64,000 nucleotides of DNA from Antedon mediterranea. Its lineage: Eukaryota; Animalia; Echinodermata. The translations under genes and the position numbers were made by a program. Positions 1 through 13,226 of this stretch are shown here, one piece after another (the first letter of the stretch is position 1; each line of letters opens with the position of its first letter). The notes below the pieces were generated by a model, which was not told where the DNA came from, did no database searches, and saw nothing but the letters and a program-made list of their open reading frames with translations. The stretch lies in assembly GCF_964355755.1 (NCBI RefSeq), contig NC_092678.1, forward strand, positions 2,744,422 to 2,808,421. Reading direction: 5' to 3'.

Positions 1-2443
1 TTCCATCCGCAAAATTATCATGTGCTGTTTTCGGTATGAATATTGCCCACCATGTCTCTCTACAGTAAAATTTCACCAGCTCTCTTCTCTTCTAAGTTGA
101 AGATGTTGTTAAGCTCCATCTTGTCTTGGTCCCAAGATCACTGCATTTGATGCAGTACATGCTCTCATTCACACCTTCAATTGTGCACTTTTAAGCATGC
201 TTAGCAGTTAAAGTGCTTATTAATCGGCAATATTTAGAAAAAAATTATGAAATAACATAAAACACAAGTCTGTATTAAAGTATACTATTTTGTTCAATAG
301 TGCTCGGGTGCAAAAAGCTACAGTATAACATGGACCTATAAATGTTCTAATTCAGTAAATGAAAATTAACTTCTTTAAACTATGAATAACCTCATAAAAT
401 ATTATGCGACAGAACATAGTCATTGAAAATAAACATAATATTTCATTTCCCGACCATTTACATTATGACTCATGTGTGATAGACAGGGAATATGACGAGC
501 AGGGATGTAAGGAAATAGACGGAGACATAATGTTTACTCCCTCTAATCATTGATAACATTCTTAGTTTTGTTTGTTTTTTGCCTTCATCGTAAGAATTAT
601 TAGATAATTAACGTGGTGCCTGGTTCAATTTCAATGATTTCAATGATTCAATGATTGAATGTAATGTTTTAACCTTGTACATTGATTATAGATGAAATGG
701 TAAAATGTACGCCCACAACCACATTATATCGACTTAGCATCGATACATTATACAATCTAATCATATATAATGTACTGTAACATTGCTTTCATGTACTCCT
801 GGTCTATTTGGTATGTTAAGTATTCTTTCAGTGTCTGTTTAATTTTTATGCAAGTGGCTAGACTCTTCCTCCTTGTCAGAGGAGTCCAAAATATTATATA
901 CTACAGCAAGTTCCGACCTATGCTTGTATCATATGCGTGCATCTTCAAAGTAAAAGATTAGTGGACTGGAAGCCAACTGATCGTACGATCAGTACGAAAA
1001 CTGATCGTACAAGATTAGTGACCTCCATAGAGTTGGCAATATCCTAAATGTTTTTTCTGATCTATATTAATTGCTTCCGTCTTTAAGATTAGTGAAATTG
1101 TAATAATTAATTTGTACTTTTAGAAACCTTTTTCATATAGTCTCTTCACGCTGTAGTTGGAGGAGTATCAAAATATGTCCATGGGTCTAAATAAAAAGAA
1201 CAATACATTTATTTAGCAATGGTTTACAGTATTTACCGTCAATAAATACTTTGTTTTGTTCGTTCATAAGACTTTGGTGTCAATCAAGTGGTCTGAATGG
1301 ACAATACTGCCCGAGGAGGTTTCTCTAAGTTTATCTGACAAAACAACAGTGGATTTACCTTTTATATTTCTATACATCAGTTTAGATTGACATGTGTTAC
1401 TTATATGATTGTGGTTTGTTATTTTTGTTATGATGTTGATTTTAGAGCTGTTTTTCCCTGCAAAGTAAAAAAAATAATGCGTAAAGAATTAGGATGAACC
1501 ATTATTAGTGGTACAGTTTTTTGCTGCAGTGACGTTTTTCTACGCATTATTATTGACAAGTTTCTGAAGCATCAATAACCATCACTTATACCCCCAATCA
1601 AACAATAGATTGATTTAATTTACTTTAAATTAATATTTATAATTTGAATATTTTGAACGTAAACTAGGCTCAATGTTCAATCAAAGAAAAGCCCTGGAAT
1701 CTAGAAAACACTTTCATTTCCTTTTTGTTCCTCCAAGAATTTGGATTTGACACTTCATAAAATAACTGGAATAATAAAAAAAATCTGTTATGATCATCAA
1801 GACTGGTTGTCTCCTTAACATAGCTAAACTTAATACAAAAAACATAACATTCCATTATTAAATAGATTATAATAAAATTACAATAAAAGGAGAATTCTCT
1901 TCTAATAATGAGTTGATGGGAAACTTGTTTTTTACTGTCAATTGAGCTTTGATGAGTAAGGTATTGGATAGTGCCAAAATGTTTGTCTTTGTATCTGTGA
2001 AATATTTAAGTTACATACATTATATTATTGTTGAGTGAGAAACTGAAGTTTCTATAAGTAGTTAACCATGTTTATTTATCAAACTATTTTGATAGGTAAA
2101 TACTAGAGTTTCTGTATTTTAAACAGTAAAATATTTAAATTGAATATGCAGCTGTTTTCAATTTATGACATTCTCTACTTCTTGTTCTCTTTGCCGCCCA
2201 CAAGAGACTGCTATGGGAAACATCAGATATAACATTAATTAAGTTTATATAATAAATCCTGATTCCCCGTAGGCAAGTCTTAACCACAATAGTGGATAAA
2301 GCCAAACATACATTGGCGGTCATAGTTTAAATTTAATTTATTTTCTGTTTATTCTAGGGATACTTTTTGTGTACTTATTTAACATTCTGTAATATTCTGG
2401 TTTTTTTTTTGACTGACCTGTTTGTTTACTCTTGTTTTTGCAG

Positions 2444-4858
2444 TTATCTGAAGGTGACAACGATAACCGACTTCCAATGTGGCTGCATTTCAACTCATCC
2501 AGCAACACTTTGCAAGGAGTGCCATCAGAGGAAGATATCGGTGTGCATTATATATCAATAACAGCTATTGGAAAAAACTCTCAGGACCAAGATACCTTCA
2601 CAATAGACGTCGTTCCTTCACCAGATGCATCTGCATCAGAATCTAAAGGCATTGGTACTGGTGCTGTGAAATGTCAAGCAGATGAACCTGCTGTTTTAGC
2701 AGGAATCGTTCTTGATGCAGAATTATCAAAGATGAGCCCTGCAGCACGTGTTGGCGCCATTCAGAAGATGTCTCAATATTCCATGTTGGCAGAAGATACA
2801 TTTACATTGTTACCGTCAAAGACTGGAGACTCATCAGCGATTATTGCTGGCCCAGGAAATATTAGAAAGCCATTTTATAAAGGAATGGTTGTCAGTTGGC
2901 AGATTGGATGTGGTTCACGAGATTTTTCAAAGCTGCCGTTAGTTACCGTGCTGGAGTCTGCAGCCAAAGATGGCTCAATGGCAGAAAAACTTGGACATAA
3001 TATCATCGGTTGGCATGTAAGATACGATCAACCAGAACATGCTAGAAGAATGCGAAGACAAGCCGAACCTACCAGACCACCTTCAGCTAATACACCATTG
3101 GCTACACCAGTCCCTAATTCAATCCTTCCAACGGTTAAGCCAACTAGCGTTAAAACTGATATTCCACCAACACGTGCTGTTCCAGCAGAAAGCACTATGA
3201 TGGTTATGCCTTCTTCAGTAAGGGCGTCGCCATCTCCATCTATGAAACCTACAATGAAGACACAGTTACCGGTGTCTGGGTTCACAGCCATGCCTACACC
3301 AACTCCTACACCACCAAGAGATGTAGTAACTGAGCTGCAGCCAACACCGATGCCAACCTCCGCTCAAGCTCCTACTAGAACATTCACACCTCCCGTACAG
3401 AGTATGACACCTACTGATGTATTGCCATCTGTTCCAGTTATGACAACTGAACCATCACCTTCTCAAGCTCCAATGGCCACATCATCTATGATCCAACCAA
3501 CTAGTTCTGCAACTGTACCAACAACACAAGTCATTATCCTACCTCCATCTTCACCGCCCCCACCACCAACCAAAAAGCCTACTCCTACCAAGAAACCTCC
3601 TCCAAGGAAACCTACTGCTCAACCACCATCAACCAAGAAGATGGAACAGACAACCACAGAACCCACACCTACAACGAATGCAGCTCCAGTTTTGAATCAA
3701 GATGTTGTGTTTTCCAGACTTGAGGTCAAACAAGGTGAATTCCTTGACTTTAAAATACCAGAGGATCTTTTCTATGATAAGGAAGATGGTGATAATTTAC
3801 ATCTTCAGTTATCCTTTCATACAACTGGTAAACCAGTAACGAAGGCCAACTGGTTCCATTTGGATAAAAAGAATAACAAATTGACTGGTCGAACATTAAC
3901 AGCACAAGATGTTACAGAATACATTTTAAGAGCTCAAGACACGAAAGGCTATTTTGAACAATTCTCTTTTGAAGTGGTTGTGATACCTGCACCAAAACCA
4001 GAGACCGCACCAGTATCTATGGGTTTGACTCTTGACATCGATTTTGATGAATTCATGAAGAACAAGGAGCTGCAGGAGTATGTTCTGAGCAGGCTTGCTG
4101 CCGTTTTTGGCGACAGTGACTCAAGTAACATTGCCATCCTTTCTGTTGAAAGAGGTTCTGTTAAGTTAACTTGGACAAACAGTTCTATTTCTCCAGACTC
4201 TTGTCAGATTGAGCTTATCGAGGCTTTAATGAAAATGATTATGAACGAAGATGGAACACCAACAGATGCGCTGCGAGATGCTTTCAAACCAAAATTTGAA
4301 ATCACTGAAGTAGCAGCAATGCCTTCTGGTGCCTGTGTATCCACAATGGCACCGATGACAACTACCATCACTACTACAAGAATATCTGGTGTTGCACAAC
4401 CTCAAACAGACGATATCTGGATAAGTACGGTACTTCCTGCAGTAGTGGTGGCATTAATTCTGTTGATCGCTGGAATAATAATCTTTATTCTTTATCGGAA
4501 AAACCGCAAAGGCAAACTGTCGGATGAAGATAAACACACATTTATAAGCAAACGAATTCCAATTATTTTACCGAATGAAGTCCAAGAAGCAGAGAAACCA
4601 CCCTCGTCAACGACACCACTTATACTAAAGGAGGAGAAACCACCTCTACCTCCGCCCGATTATTCCGACAAGAAAACTGAACCATTACTTAATGAATATA
4701 GCGAACTAGATAGGAATTCAGTACCTATGGTTGATTTATCTGGCTCACCACCTTATGAACCCCCGCCGCCATTAAATTCAACCCCTTCAGAGAACCGAAC
4801 CACAAGACCTATCAATACCCCAACACACAGGGCACCACCACCATATGTTCCCCCCTAA
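2444..4858 (+). CDS. DAG1: Dystroglycan, large terminal coding exon (5' exons lie left of the window)
   Basis: Acceptor ttttgcag at 2443. The ORF has cadherin-like (LPMWLHFN) and S6-like N-terminal domains, a furin site RRMRR, a P/T-rich mucin region, a second CADG domain, an SEA module with the autoproteolysis site RG/SV, a TM helix, the juxtamembrane RKNRKGK and a C-terminal PPPYVPP. A long AT-rich 3' UTR follows, with AATAAA candidates at about 7833 and 7950. Confidence 0.96.
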   Translation, partial: LSEGDNDNRLPMWLHFNSSSNTLQGVPSEEDIGVHYISITAIGKNSQDQDTFTIDVVPSPDASASESKGIGTGAVKCQADEPAVLAGIVLDAELSKMSPAARVGAIQKMSQYSMLAEDTFTLLPSKTGDSSAIIAGPGNIRKPFYKGMVVSWQIGCGSRDFSKLPLVTVLESAAKDGSMAEKLGHNIIGWHVRYDQPEHARRMRRQAEPTRPPSANTPLATPVPNSILPTVKPTSVKTDIPPTRAVPAESTMMVMPSSVRASPSPSMKPTMKTQLPVSGFTAMPTPTPTPPRDVVTELQPTPMPTSAQAPTRTFTPPVQSMTPTDVLPSVPVMTTEPSPSQAPMATSSMIQPTSSATVPTTQVIILPPSSPPPPPTKKPTPTKKPPPRKPTAQPPSTKKMEQTTTEPTPTTNAAPVLNQDVVFSRLEVKQGEFLDFKIPEDLFYDKEDGDNLHLQLSFHTTGKPVTKANWFHLDKKNNKLTGRTLTAQDVTEYILRAQDTKGYFEQFSFEVVVIPAPKPETAPVSMGLTLDIDFDEFMKNKELQEYVLSRLAAVFGDSDSSNIAILSVERGSVKLTWTNSSISPDSCQIELIEALMKMIMNEDGTPTDALRDAFKPKFEITEVAAMPSGACVSTMAPMTTTITTTRISGVAQPQTDDIWISTVLPAVVVALILLIAGIIIFILYRKNRKGKLSDEDKHTFISKRIPIILPNEVQEAEKPPSSTTPLILKEEKPPLPPPDYSDKKTEPLLNEYSELDRNSVPMVDLSGSPPYEPPPPLNSTPSENRTTRPINTPTHRAPPPYVPP

Positions 4859-7800
4859 TTACCCTCCTAACTTCCATCCATTTATATAAAGATATATGTA
4901 TATGTATATAAATTTGTGTGTGTATATACATATACTGTGTAAACAAACAGGGAAAAAACCCAATTTTGTTTTTTTTTTGGTCGCTTTTATATTATTGCTT
5001 TTTATATATATGTACAGTCTAATTATGTATTTAGCTTTTAGATTATGGTATCTAAAACCAAGTAGTAACCATATTATTTAGTAAATAAGTAATTTTAAAT
5101 AACTGGTCATTTTACATGTGTTCAGTAGATGTTAATTGGCTGTTAATGAAAAGATAAGTTGCTGCAGAACTATTGTTTTACTGCAGTAACTGTACCCTGT
5201 GATACTTTATTATAACTGCTGCCCATTGTCAAATCCTTGCAAATATTTTTGAATAGTATTTACTCAATTGTTGGGGAGTAGAAATCGATTGAGGGGAAAT
5301 AATAATAACAGGGATAGAGAACTATGAATGGGTCATTAATTATCCCAGGCATAAAAAGAAAAGATGCACATTTTAAACCAACCCTGTGTGTCGTTAATTT
5401 CCAAAGACCATGTTATCACACAATGTCTTCCAAGCATACAACACCAAAAACTGGTTTATTCATTTTTTTTAACAACAACCAACCTGTCTTGATATAAATC
5501 CTTTTTATTAAAAAAAAAAGATGCATGTGTTGGTGGGCAGTCATGACAAGAGGGTTTAGTTCATTTTTATTGATATTGAAATATTTGATTGCGAGAAGGG
5601 CGTGGTGGGTTGCGGGTAGCACTCGCGTAAGGTCAGTTTTGGCAGATTCTGTGTAAAGTAAAAACACCTTGTAATTAGTGGTTGAGAGTTCAACATGTAT
5701 GAACAATTTTAATATGTGATCATTGTTGTTTTTAATTTAGGACATTTTATGACACCAATTGACAAAATTATGTATTTACAGTCGGAACAAATTTCACTAT
5801 AGCGTTCTCATTATAGTTTTTAGAAAACATGATCTTAAAAACGACATTACAATGTTTAGCATTTTTTGATATTTATAACAGATGTATAGAGTAGAATTTT
5901 GAGACAATCATTTGTGTTGCCATCATTATGAAAGACAGCTACAGTATATTATTTTAAGAGTTTTTGCACAGGGTTAATTTATTTGGACAATGCACTAGAG
6001 ATTGTATGGACTTTGTATTTCTTAAAACATTAGTAATTTAGTTCATCTCTTCAGTTTAGTCTCAGACTAGATTAAATCCTCTTTGTAGAAGAACATTTTT
6101 ACCCAGTATGTTCTGTCACAAAGGTTGTTTCTAAACCATAAGCCTCTAGAGGGAGTCATTCGATCTTCTGATGCCCTGTTAATTCTTTTGACATGGCCTT
6201 TTTATTTTAAACATGTGTTTATAAAGTACAAGACATATACACTGGCTATAATTAAATTTTACTTTATTTATATTAAGCTATAAAATATAAAAATGTTTTA
6301 GAAGTTTGATATATAAACCTAACCTTTTAAAAACAATTTTAAACACTTTTTAATAAAAAGAATTAAGCAGAATAGTTGTAAAGAGAAAAAAACAAAATTT
6401 CTATAACCTGCGTTTTATCCTGCTCAGCTCCATTTAATATTTACTTGTAAATAGAAGTTTAACCATCAGCATTGTCCACTTTTGTTTTGTATTGTATAGT
6501 GTTATTCCTTGCATCTCTACCACATCATCATAGATTTAGTAAAGTAATATTATAATATTCTTAAGAAAGTAAATTAGCCTACTAATACTGTACAGGCATA
6601 GGTAAGTAGGAAAATCAACAATTTCTACGTCGTGAGTTTAGAATATGTACATATAAACTGGGCTGATTTCAGTAAATATTTGTAACTATAATAAGAGTCA
6701 ACGTTTCTACCTTTCCATTGAAATGTTATATCTGAAAACAACTTATGAAAACATAATTTTTGTATAAATAATTGTGTTTCAATTTGTGTGGAGGAAAATT
6801 TACAAATTAAAGAAAGTGAAATATCAATTTGACTGAAATATCAGTCCAATTTGACTGAAATAGCAGTCCAAATTAACTACCGTTATCTATTTTTTGAATG
6901 TATGGTTACAATCGATTGTAGTAGTGGGGTGTAAGTAATATTACATTAGTGCGGTATTCAAATTTGAATAGATAGACACTCTTTGTGTACTGTTATAAAA
7001 TGTAATTAATATTACAGCAATAGAATCGGTTATGATGTCATGGACATATAACATTTTATGAGTCTCAAAGTTAATTGTGATATTTTAAATATTGTGCAGG
7101 TATTCTTACTTTTTATATTGTGTAGTTAAACTGTGCTACCTTCAATATTGGAATTTTTGGCTAAAAAGAAAGGAGAAAGCCTATAGATTTATAAGAGTGT
7201 GGAACACAGTTGTTTTTAAGAAGCCTTTGTTAGATATTTCTATAATGTTATAATTAATTTCACAATTCAAATATTGCTTAGTATTTGTAATAATTAGTAA
7301 GAAAAAATATGCATTATTGGTAAACAACGGCAACAGTACAATAATTACACACAGCGTGTTAATACAAGCATACCAGCGCTTTTGTGGGTGTTTATTTTTT
7401 ACGGTGTTTGCCTTCCATATTTACGCCTTTTTTTAGCTATTATCTGGGTGCTGTTTTTCATGTACAACAAAAAACACATCTTTTATTTGTGCAAGTTATT
7501 TTTTCCATCTCAACAGTGTTAATATTGTATAATATGTATAACAAATATTTGCTGCTGCACTTAACCAAGCCTCAATTACAACTGCGATTTAAATGTTAGT
7601 TGCCATAACATTTCTGAAGAAATATTAGAGAAACTGCATTTTATTTTGAAAAGAAAGTTTTATTCCATGTTGAAATTTTATTAGCGATTTTATCCATGTT
7701 ATTCACGTTATTGTTTTCTTATATTAATGTTTTATACTGTACAAGTTACTGAAATCATTTTGGGTAATCGTTTTGAAACAGAAATTAAAAATATTTGTTT

Positions 7801-8344
7801 GTAGCAAAGATATTAAACCTTGTTTGTATTTAAATAAAAATATTATAAAGTAGTTATTTTGTATGAAGCATCAAATTGGTTATTGGTAGTTTGTTTGGTG
7901 TATCAATTTGTTGTTGTACTACCTGGGATGGTTGGTAGTATTTTAAACAAATAAAATGTATCAGTTTAAAAAAACTGTAGTTTTCATTTTATAGTATTTG
8001 AAGTTCTTTTGTAAAAAAAATTTTCAGGGTTTTCTTTGGGTTTTTGTTGTGCCAAGGATACCCAGCATTGCAAATATAAATGTTCACCGTTTCACCAACA
8101 ATGTAGAAGTCATGAACTAGATCAATAGCATTTCCATTTGGTACAGAAATTAAGATTCACAATCTATAGGATAAGAAAGACAAATCTAAAAATCCTCAGA
8201 TGTAGAATACCAGGCCAGACTTTAAACTGAAATACTTATTGTACTAATTAATCGTCATTAATAAATAGAATGTTTGTACCGTTGTAAAACCTTATATTTT
8301 TAACTATTTTAAACTTAACTATGTAAATTATTTGGGTTTTTTGG

Positions 8345-8551
8345 GGGTTTTTTAGCCAAGGATACCCATAAAGCGAATTCATTATGTTTCTGAAAGATGG
8401 CAATCCATTCACAGGACAAACATATTACACACAAGATGCTCTACATATAACAAGCTTTTGATGCCAGACTGGAGGTGTTTTTGGTCAGCATTTGAACACA
8501 GGTTTCTGGGATTGGTAGGCAAGCATCTTCACCACCAAGTGACAAATCTAC
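8345..8551 (-). mobile_element. Degenerate tRNA-derived SINE, same family as the 48.5 kb copy
   Basis: Shares 'caggacaaacata..acacaagatgctctacata' and 'ggta..caagcatc..accac' with 48490-48693. Confidence 0.65.
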
Positions 8552-8637
8552 AGATTTAAAATAAAAAGAAATGACAATTGGGACAGGGAATAAATACTAA
8601 TATGTTTTTTGAAATTGTCAATTAAAAATTGAGGCAT

Positions 8638-9768
8638 GTACAGAATTGACATATTTGTATGTACATGTTTTGTTTACGACATTTCATTTCAAACAATGAT
8701 GAACTTTTCATAGGCATCACCGTAAAATTAACTATAGAAAAGTTGAATTGACTTTGAACAAAATTCCTCTGGGTGTGATAATTTGTGAACATAACTTGCC
8801 AACCCGCCACTATAAACATTTATCGAAAACAAACAAATTGCAACAGTCCTTTGTGACTGGAAAGAAATTGAGAGAAAGTAACACAATCCAAATGTTGTGG
8901 AATATTTGGAACATGATGTGGTGAACATTGGGTTTAATGTTTCCAAATCCTTTTATGGAACCTTTATATCATTTTGATTTATTTTCAATTATTTCAATTT
9001 GAAAACAAGGACAGTTCATCTCTCTACACTCATAAAGGAGAAGAAATCTACAAAAAGTACATCTCTACCCACAACCATTACATAAATATTAATATTAATT
9101 TTAAGTCCTCGTTTTAATTCTTTTTTGACATTTTAATACTGTACTTTTCCCTTTGAACAAAACTTTGCATGAGATATGACTACTTATTTACCTATTTATG
9201 ACCCATATTCCAGATATTTAAAAAAACTGGGTACCCTAAAAAAAGTATAGGATTACTAAACAGTATATTCCTAGGACTTATATTACCATGTATGCATGTT
9301 AATTAGTGAAATATTAGAATGATCTAATGTTGAAGTGATTACCAAAAAGTTGTTCCCTGGTATATCTAATTATAAATTAAAACCCCGCCCCCTCTCCAGC
9401 CTATCCAACAATCAGCCAACCAGCGACCATGCTGCTAACGTTTACAAAAGTCATCACCATATATGGAGTAGACTGTTCCAAACAATGCAAAAAGGGGACA
9501 GTCAATTTTCTGCCAACTTCTGTACCTAAAAAGACAATAAAATATCATCACAGTATTAATGTTTAAATATTTAAAAAGTATATATAATTAATACAAGTAC
9601 AATTGATATTAACAATAATAATTTTATCAATTTGAAAGTACTTAAAATTACAATATAAGTAACAATAAATGTTTTTTATTTTCTTCTCCCCTCTTTCAAT
9701 TTTCAGATGGTCCAACTCACTTCCGCCCACAACTTGACAGCGTGAAAATGTGCCTCTGAAGCAAAGAT
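8638..9768 (-). ncRNA. Putative spliced structured lncRNA 'B' (exon 1 about 9768-9721, exon 2 from 9526; 3' end not located)
   Basis: Donor GGAA|GTGAGT at 9721/9720 and acceptor TTTTTAG|GTACAG at 9527/9526. No credible ORF. Nested G-U-rich helices pair 9526-9389 with 8638-8867. Promoter blocks are shared with lncRNA A. Confidence 0.55.
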
Positions 9769-9849
9769 CGTATAGCGCCACGTAGTGGCGCAAGATATGG
9801 AACTGACGCTCGAAAAATGATAATTCCATGGGCAGCCATTCCGGCAAGC
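9760..9849 (-). promoter_or_regulatory. Composite core promoter, copy B
   Basis: On the minus strand: GCTTGCCGGAATGGCTGCCCATGGAATT (9849-9822), GTGGCGCTATA (9781-9771) and ATCTTTGCT (9768-9760). Confidence 0.7.
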
Positions 9850-11769
9850 GGATTACCCAGTAGGCAATGCGGCACGCCACCAAATCAATGTAAACAAATA
9901 GGATTTACATCTACGCGATAAACAGTACGACTTTATTTTATCTTTCGCGTCAAAATGAAAGAACATCTATATAAAATTCGATTATATAAATTTACTCCAT
10001 TTGATATTACACTTACATATGCGTATATCACTGTCCAACCTCAAACGGCTACAGAATAAACACTGACTGTATGGGGGACGAATTTTGTAGGCAGTCGGTT
10101 GAGGCATAGTTATAAATAGTGTCGCGGCGCGCAGCGCGATGCTACGCACTTCACGCCCAAGGTCGGCCGCCTTTGGCCTAGGCTGGGATGATGGCTTAGT
10201 TTATGTGCGAGAGAAGCATTTTTTTGGAGATGAATTGTAATAATTGCCAAATATATTGTCCAAAACTGTCTTTTTAATTAAAAAAAAAAAAATTTATGGG
10301 CAGAGGGATGTTCTTTCCCCTGTTCGGACCCTCTCTTTCTATTTTGTGTGCTTCAGGCCTACAAAGTTATTTCATTGCAAGGGGAATTTTACTACGATCT
10401 GCCACAACTGTAGTATACTGTACATACATTACTAGATACAAAAACAATTGTTACATTTTTTTAATTTCAAAAAAGTAAAAGTATTAAATATTAATTTTAA
10501 AAATTCATAATCATAATTTGTTCTTTTCAACCCACTTTTATTAGCTCAACTTTCAATATTACAGACAGGATTAAAATGCAATAAAAATACTGAAAAATCT
10601 CGCTTTATACAATATTAATAAATAATGGTGGAATAATTAAATACACTCAATAAATAAATTACGAATGTATGGTTTTAGCCTTCTTAAATACAAGGAAAAT
10701 TCTATTATTTTGATTTCTTGTATTAAAAAGAAGCCAATAGGCCTAAACAACAGTACTGATAATAACTGAATTCTGGTTATTTCCTTTCACTTTAAAGTAT
10801 GAGGTGTGTGAAAATAGTGATTTTATTTGTAATCCCATAGGATACTGCTCCTTTTCAAGAATCAAAAATATAAACTATTATTACTATTGGCCTTTGTATT
10901 TAATTCTTGTGTAAAATACCACTTTGCACTCAATCATCTATCTTCTCAATTTTACAGTATGATGACAGACATCTTTCTGAAATAGGGAAAAATATATCAT
11001 TAAATTATTTGGTCACTTTTCGAACTGTTACATAATCATTTGATTACAATATTATAGTATTTTAAAATACTATACATTTTTAAATTCAAAACAAAAGTCA
11101 ATAGCCTACTATTTATTAATATTGTAAGTATTCAAAAATGTTTACATTAATTAACTAAATATTTTTCAAATAAAGATGAAGAACAAAATAAATATGAGGA
11201 TCAAATTTATAATTTAAATTTATTAAATAAAAAAAAAACAAACAATAACATCCTCACGATTTTTTATTTCATTACATTTAATTATTTCTGTTAATGTTAT
11301 TATTAATAAAACGCTATATTGTCTTGTACATTTTTATTAAAAACTCCTAATTCCCGAACAGCTTCAGTTTTTTTCTTAATCTTCCATCCATCCAAGCCTT
11401 GTTTGATCCATCTATCAAGACGCCAATCAATATCATTCATCCTCCCATACTTTTTTTTATTAATCATCATACTAACTAAACTAGGCCTAGGCCTAGTATT
11501 CGGCATTAAATATGCCTACTAGGCATACTACTATCTAGGCCCTAGGCCTAGATCGGATTGCGCAGAAACGCCTGCCTGAACTAAATTTAAACAACAATTT
11601 AATAATTTTGTTAATGTTTACTAACAAAAAAATATATATTCTAAAAACTTACCACTACAATTTACCCAATACAACACGAGAAAACTTCCCGAACAAACAA
11701 TAACACGTCACACGTGGATGTGGTTCAATGGTTTATTATACACTTCCGGGGTATGTGATCGCGTAACTT

Positions 11770-11859
11770 GCTTGCCGGAATGGCTGCCCATGGAATTTCA
11801 CTCATGCGCAGTGTATAAGAGATAGGAGTTCCACGAAGTGGCGCTATAGTATCTTTGCT
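11770..11859 (+). promoter_or_regulatory. Composite core promoter, copy A
   Basis: The same three blocks at 11770-11797, 11838-11848 and 11851-11859, with the same offsets (+68, +81) as copy B. Confidence 0.7.
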
Positions 11860-12683
11860 CTGAAGTCTCCGATTATCGTCTGCTCATGCTGTGTGTACGT
11901 CGAAACTTTCGAAGTATTGTATGTGTGTCTTCTGAAATCGAACAATTTTGATGATATTACTTATGTAAGCTGGTTATTATGTTTATGATATCTATAAATG
12001 ATGTATAAGGGTTAATTATCTTAATTGTATAATCCTTTTACAGGAGTTTAGTGTAGTTTAGAGACCATTTTTTGCTAGGCTAGGATAGAGCCTAGGCTAG
12101 TTTAGCCTTGCCCTAGCTAGCTAGAGCTCGGCCCAGCCAGTCGCAAGACCTACCAAGGCTGGTGGAGGTTGTTCGCCTGCAATACTATGCTCACATTTTG
12201 ACGTTCTACTACTGTATTACTTTTTTATTGACTATTATGGCCTAGGCTATATTGCATTAATACAGGAACTTTTTCTTGTGTATAGGCTACAGCGATTTTC
12301 TTGGCTAGGCCAAAGAAAAGTCATGGTTGGTTTGGAACACGCTGCACTGGCTGGTGTGGTGGTGCGTTTGGACATGATGGGAAATGCAGTAGCAGTAGGC
12401 CTAGGCGCGCCTATGAATGATCAGAAACCTGAAAATGGGTAAGTCTTAGTTGTCTAATGGATTAAAGCAGGGTAAAAATTGGGTGACAGATGAAATTGTT
12501 CATGTTTTATTTTGTTCACGATAAAATCAAAATTCGGTATTTTATAAATTATATGGAGCTATCAGGTAAGTTTGATATTGGTCACGTTATTTGTATTGGC
12601 CGCCCTGTAGATACATTTTTGGTTCGGTATTGTTAAGTTTGCAGCTGTTAAACCATATGTTCATAATGTCTATAATTGTATTA

Positions 12684-13226
12684 CAGTAGAACCTGTGTTT
12701 TACGTACCCTGATTTTACGTTCCCTTGATTTTACGTACGCTTAAAATAACCGATGACGTCATCATTTTCTTACATTGAGGGTGCAATTTAACAACAACAA
12801 AGCACACAAAGCCACAATCATGGCTGTGTGTGGAATTCTGCTGTGTGTTTGAGTCAAGCTACGCACGTGCCATGGCACGTGCATTTAAGCAGCGACTGTT
12901 TTTATTGATAGAAAATACAAGAACATTGATATTTTACACTTTATTTAAACATCTCACAGCCTGTATATACTGTACAGTACTGTACTTTTCTAGTTAGGCC
13001 TCACATCTTGCTAGGCCTGCTAGCCTGGCCTGAATAGTCTAGGCAAGGCCTAGCTAGTGACAACCTGCATGCTGTTCAATACAATAAAGTAGACAAACCG
13101 GGTAGCCTTTATAGCTACGATCTCTACGTATTTGGGGTCAATATAAGGTCAACCTTGATTTTACGAATCCTTTGTTTTACGTACGCCTTTCGGTCCCGTA
13201 CCGTACGTAAAATGGAGGTTCTACTG
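12684..13226. mobile_element. Tc1/mariner (pogo/Tigger-like) MITE
   Basis: TIRs CAGTAGAACCT...AGGTTCTACTG flanked by TA, with subterminal repeats of 'gttttacgtac/gattttacg' at both ends. Confidence 0.85.
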
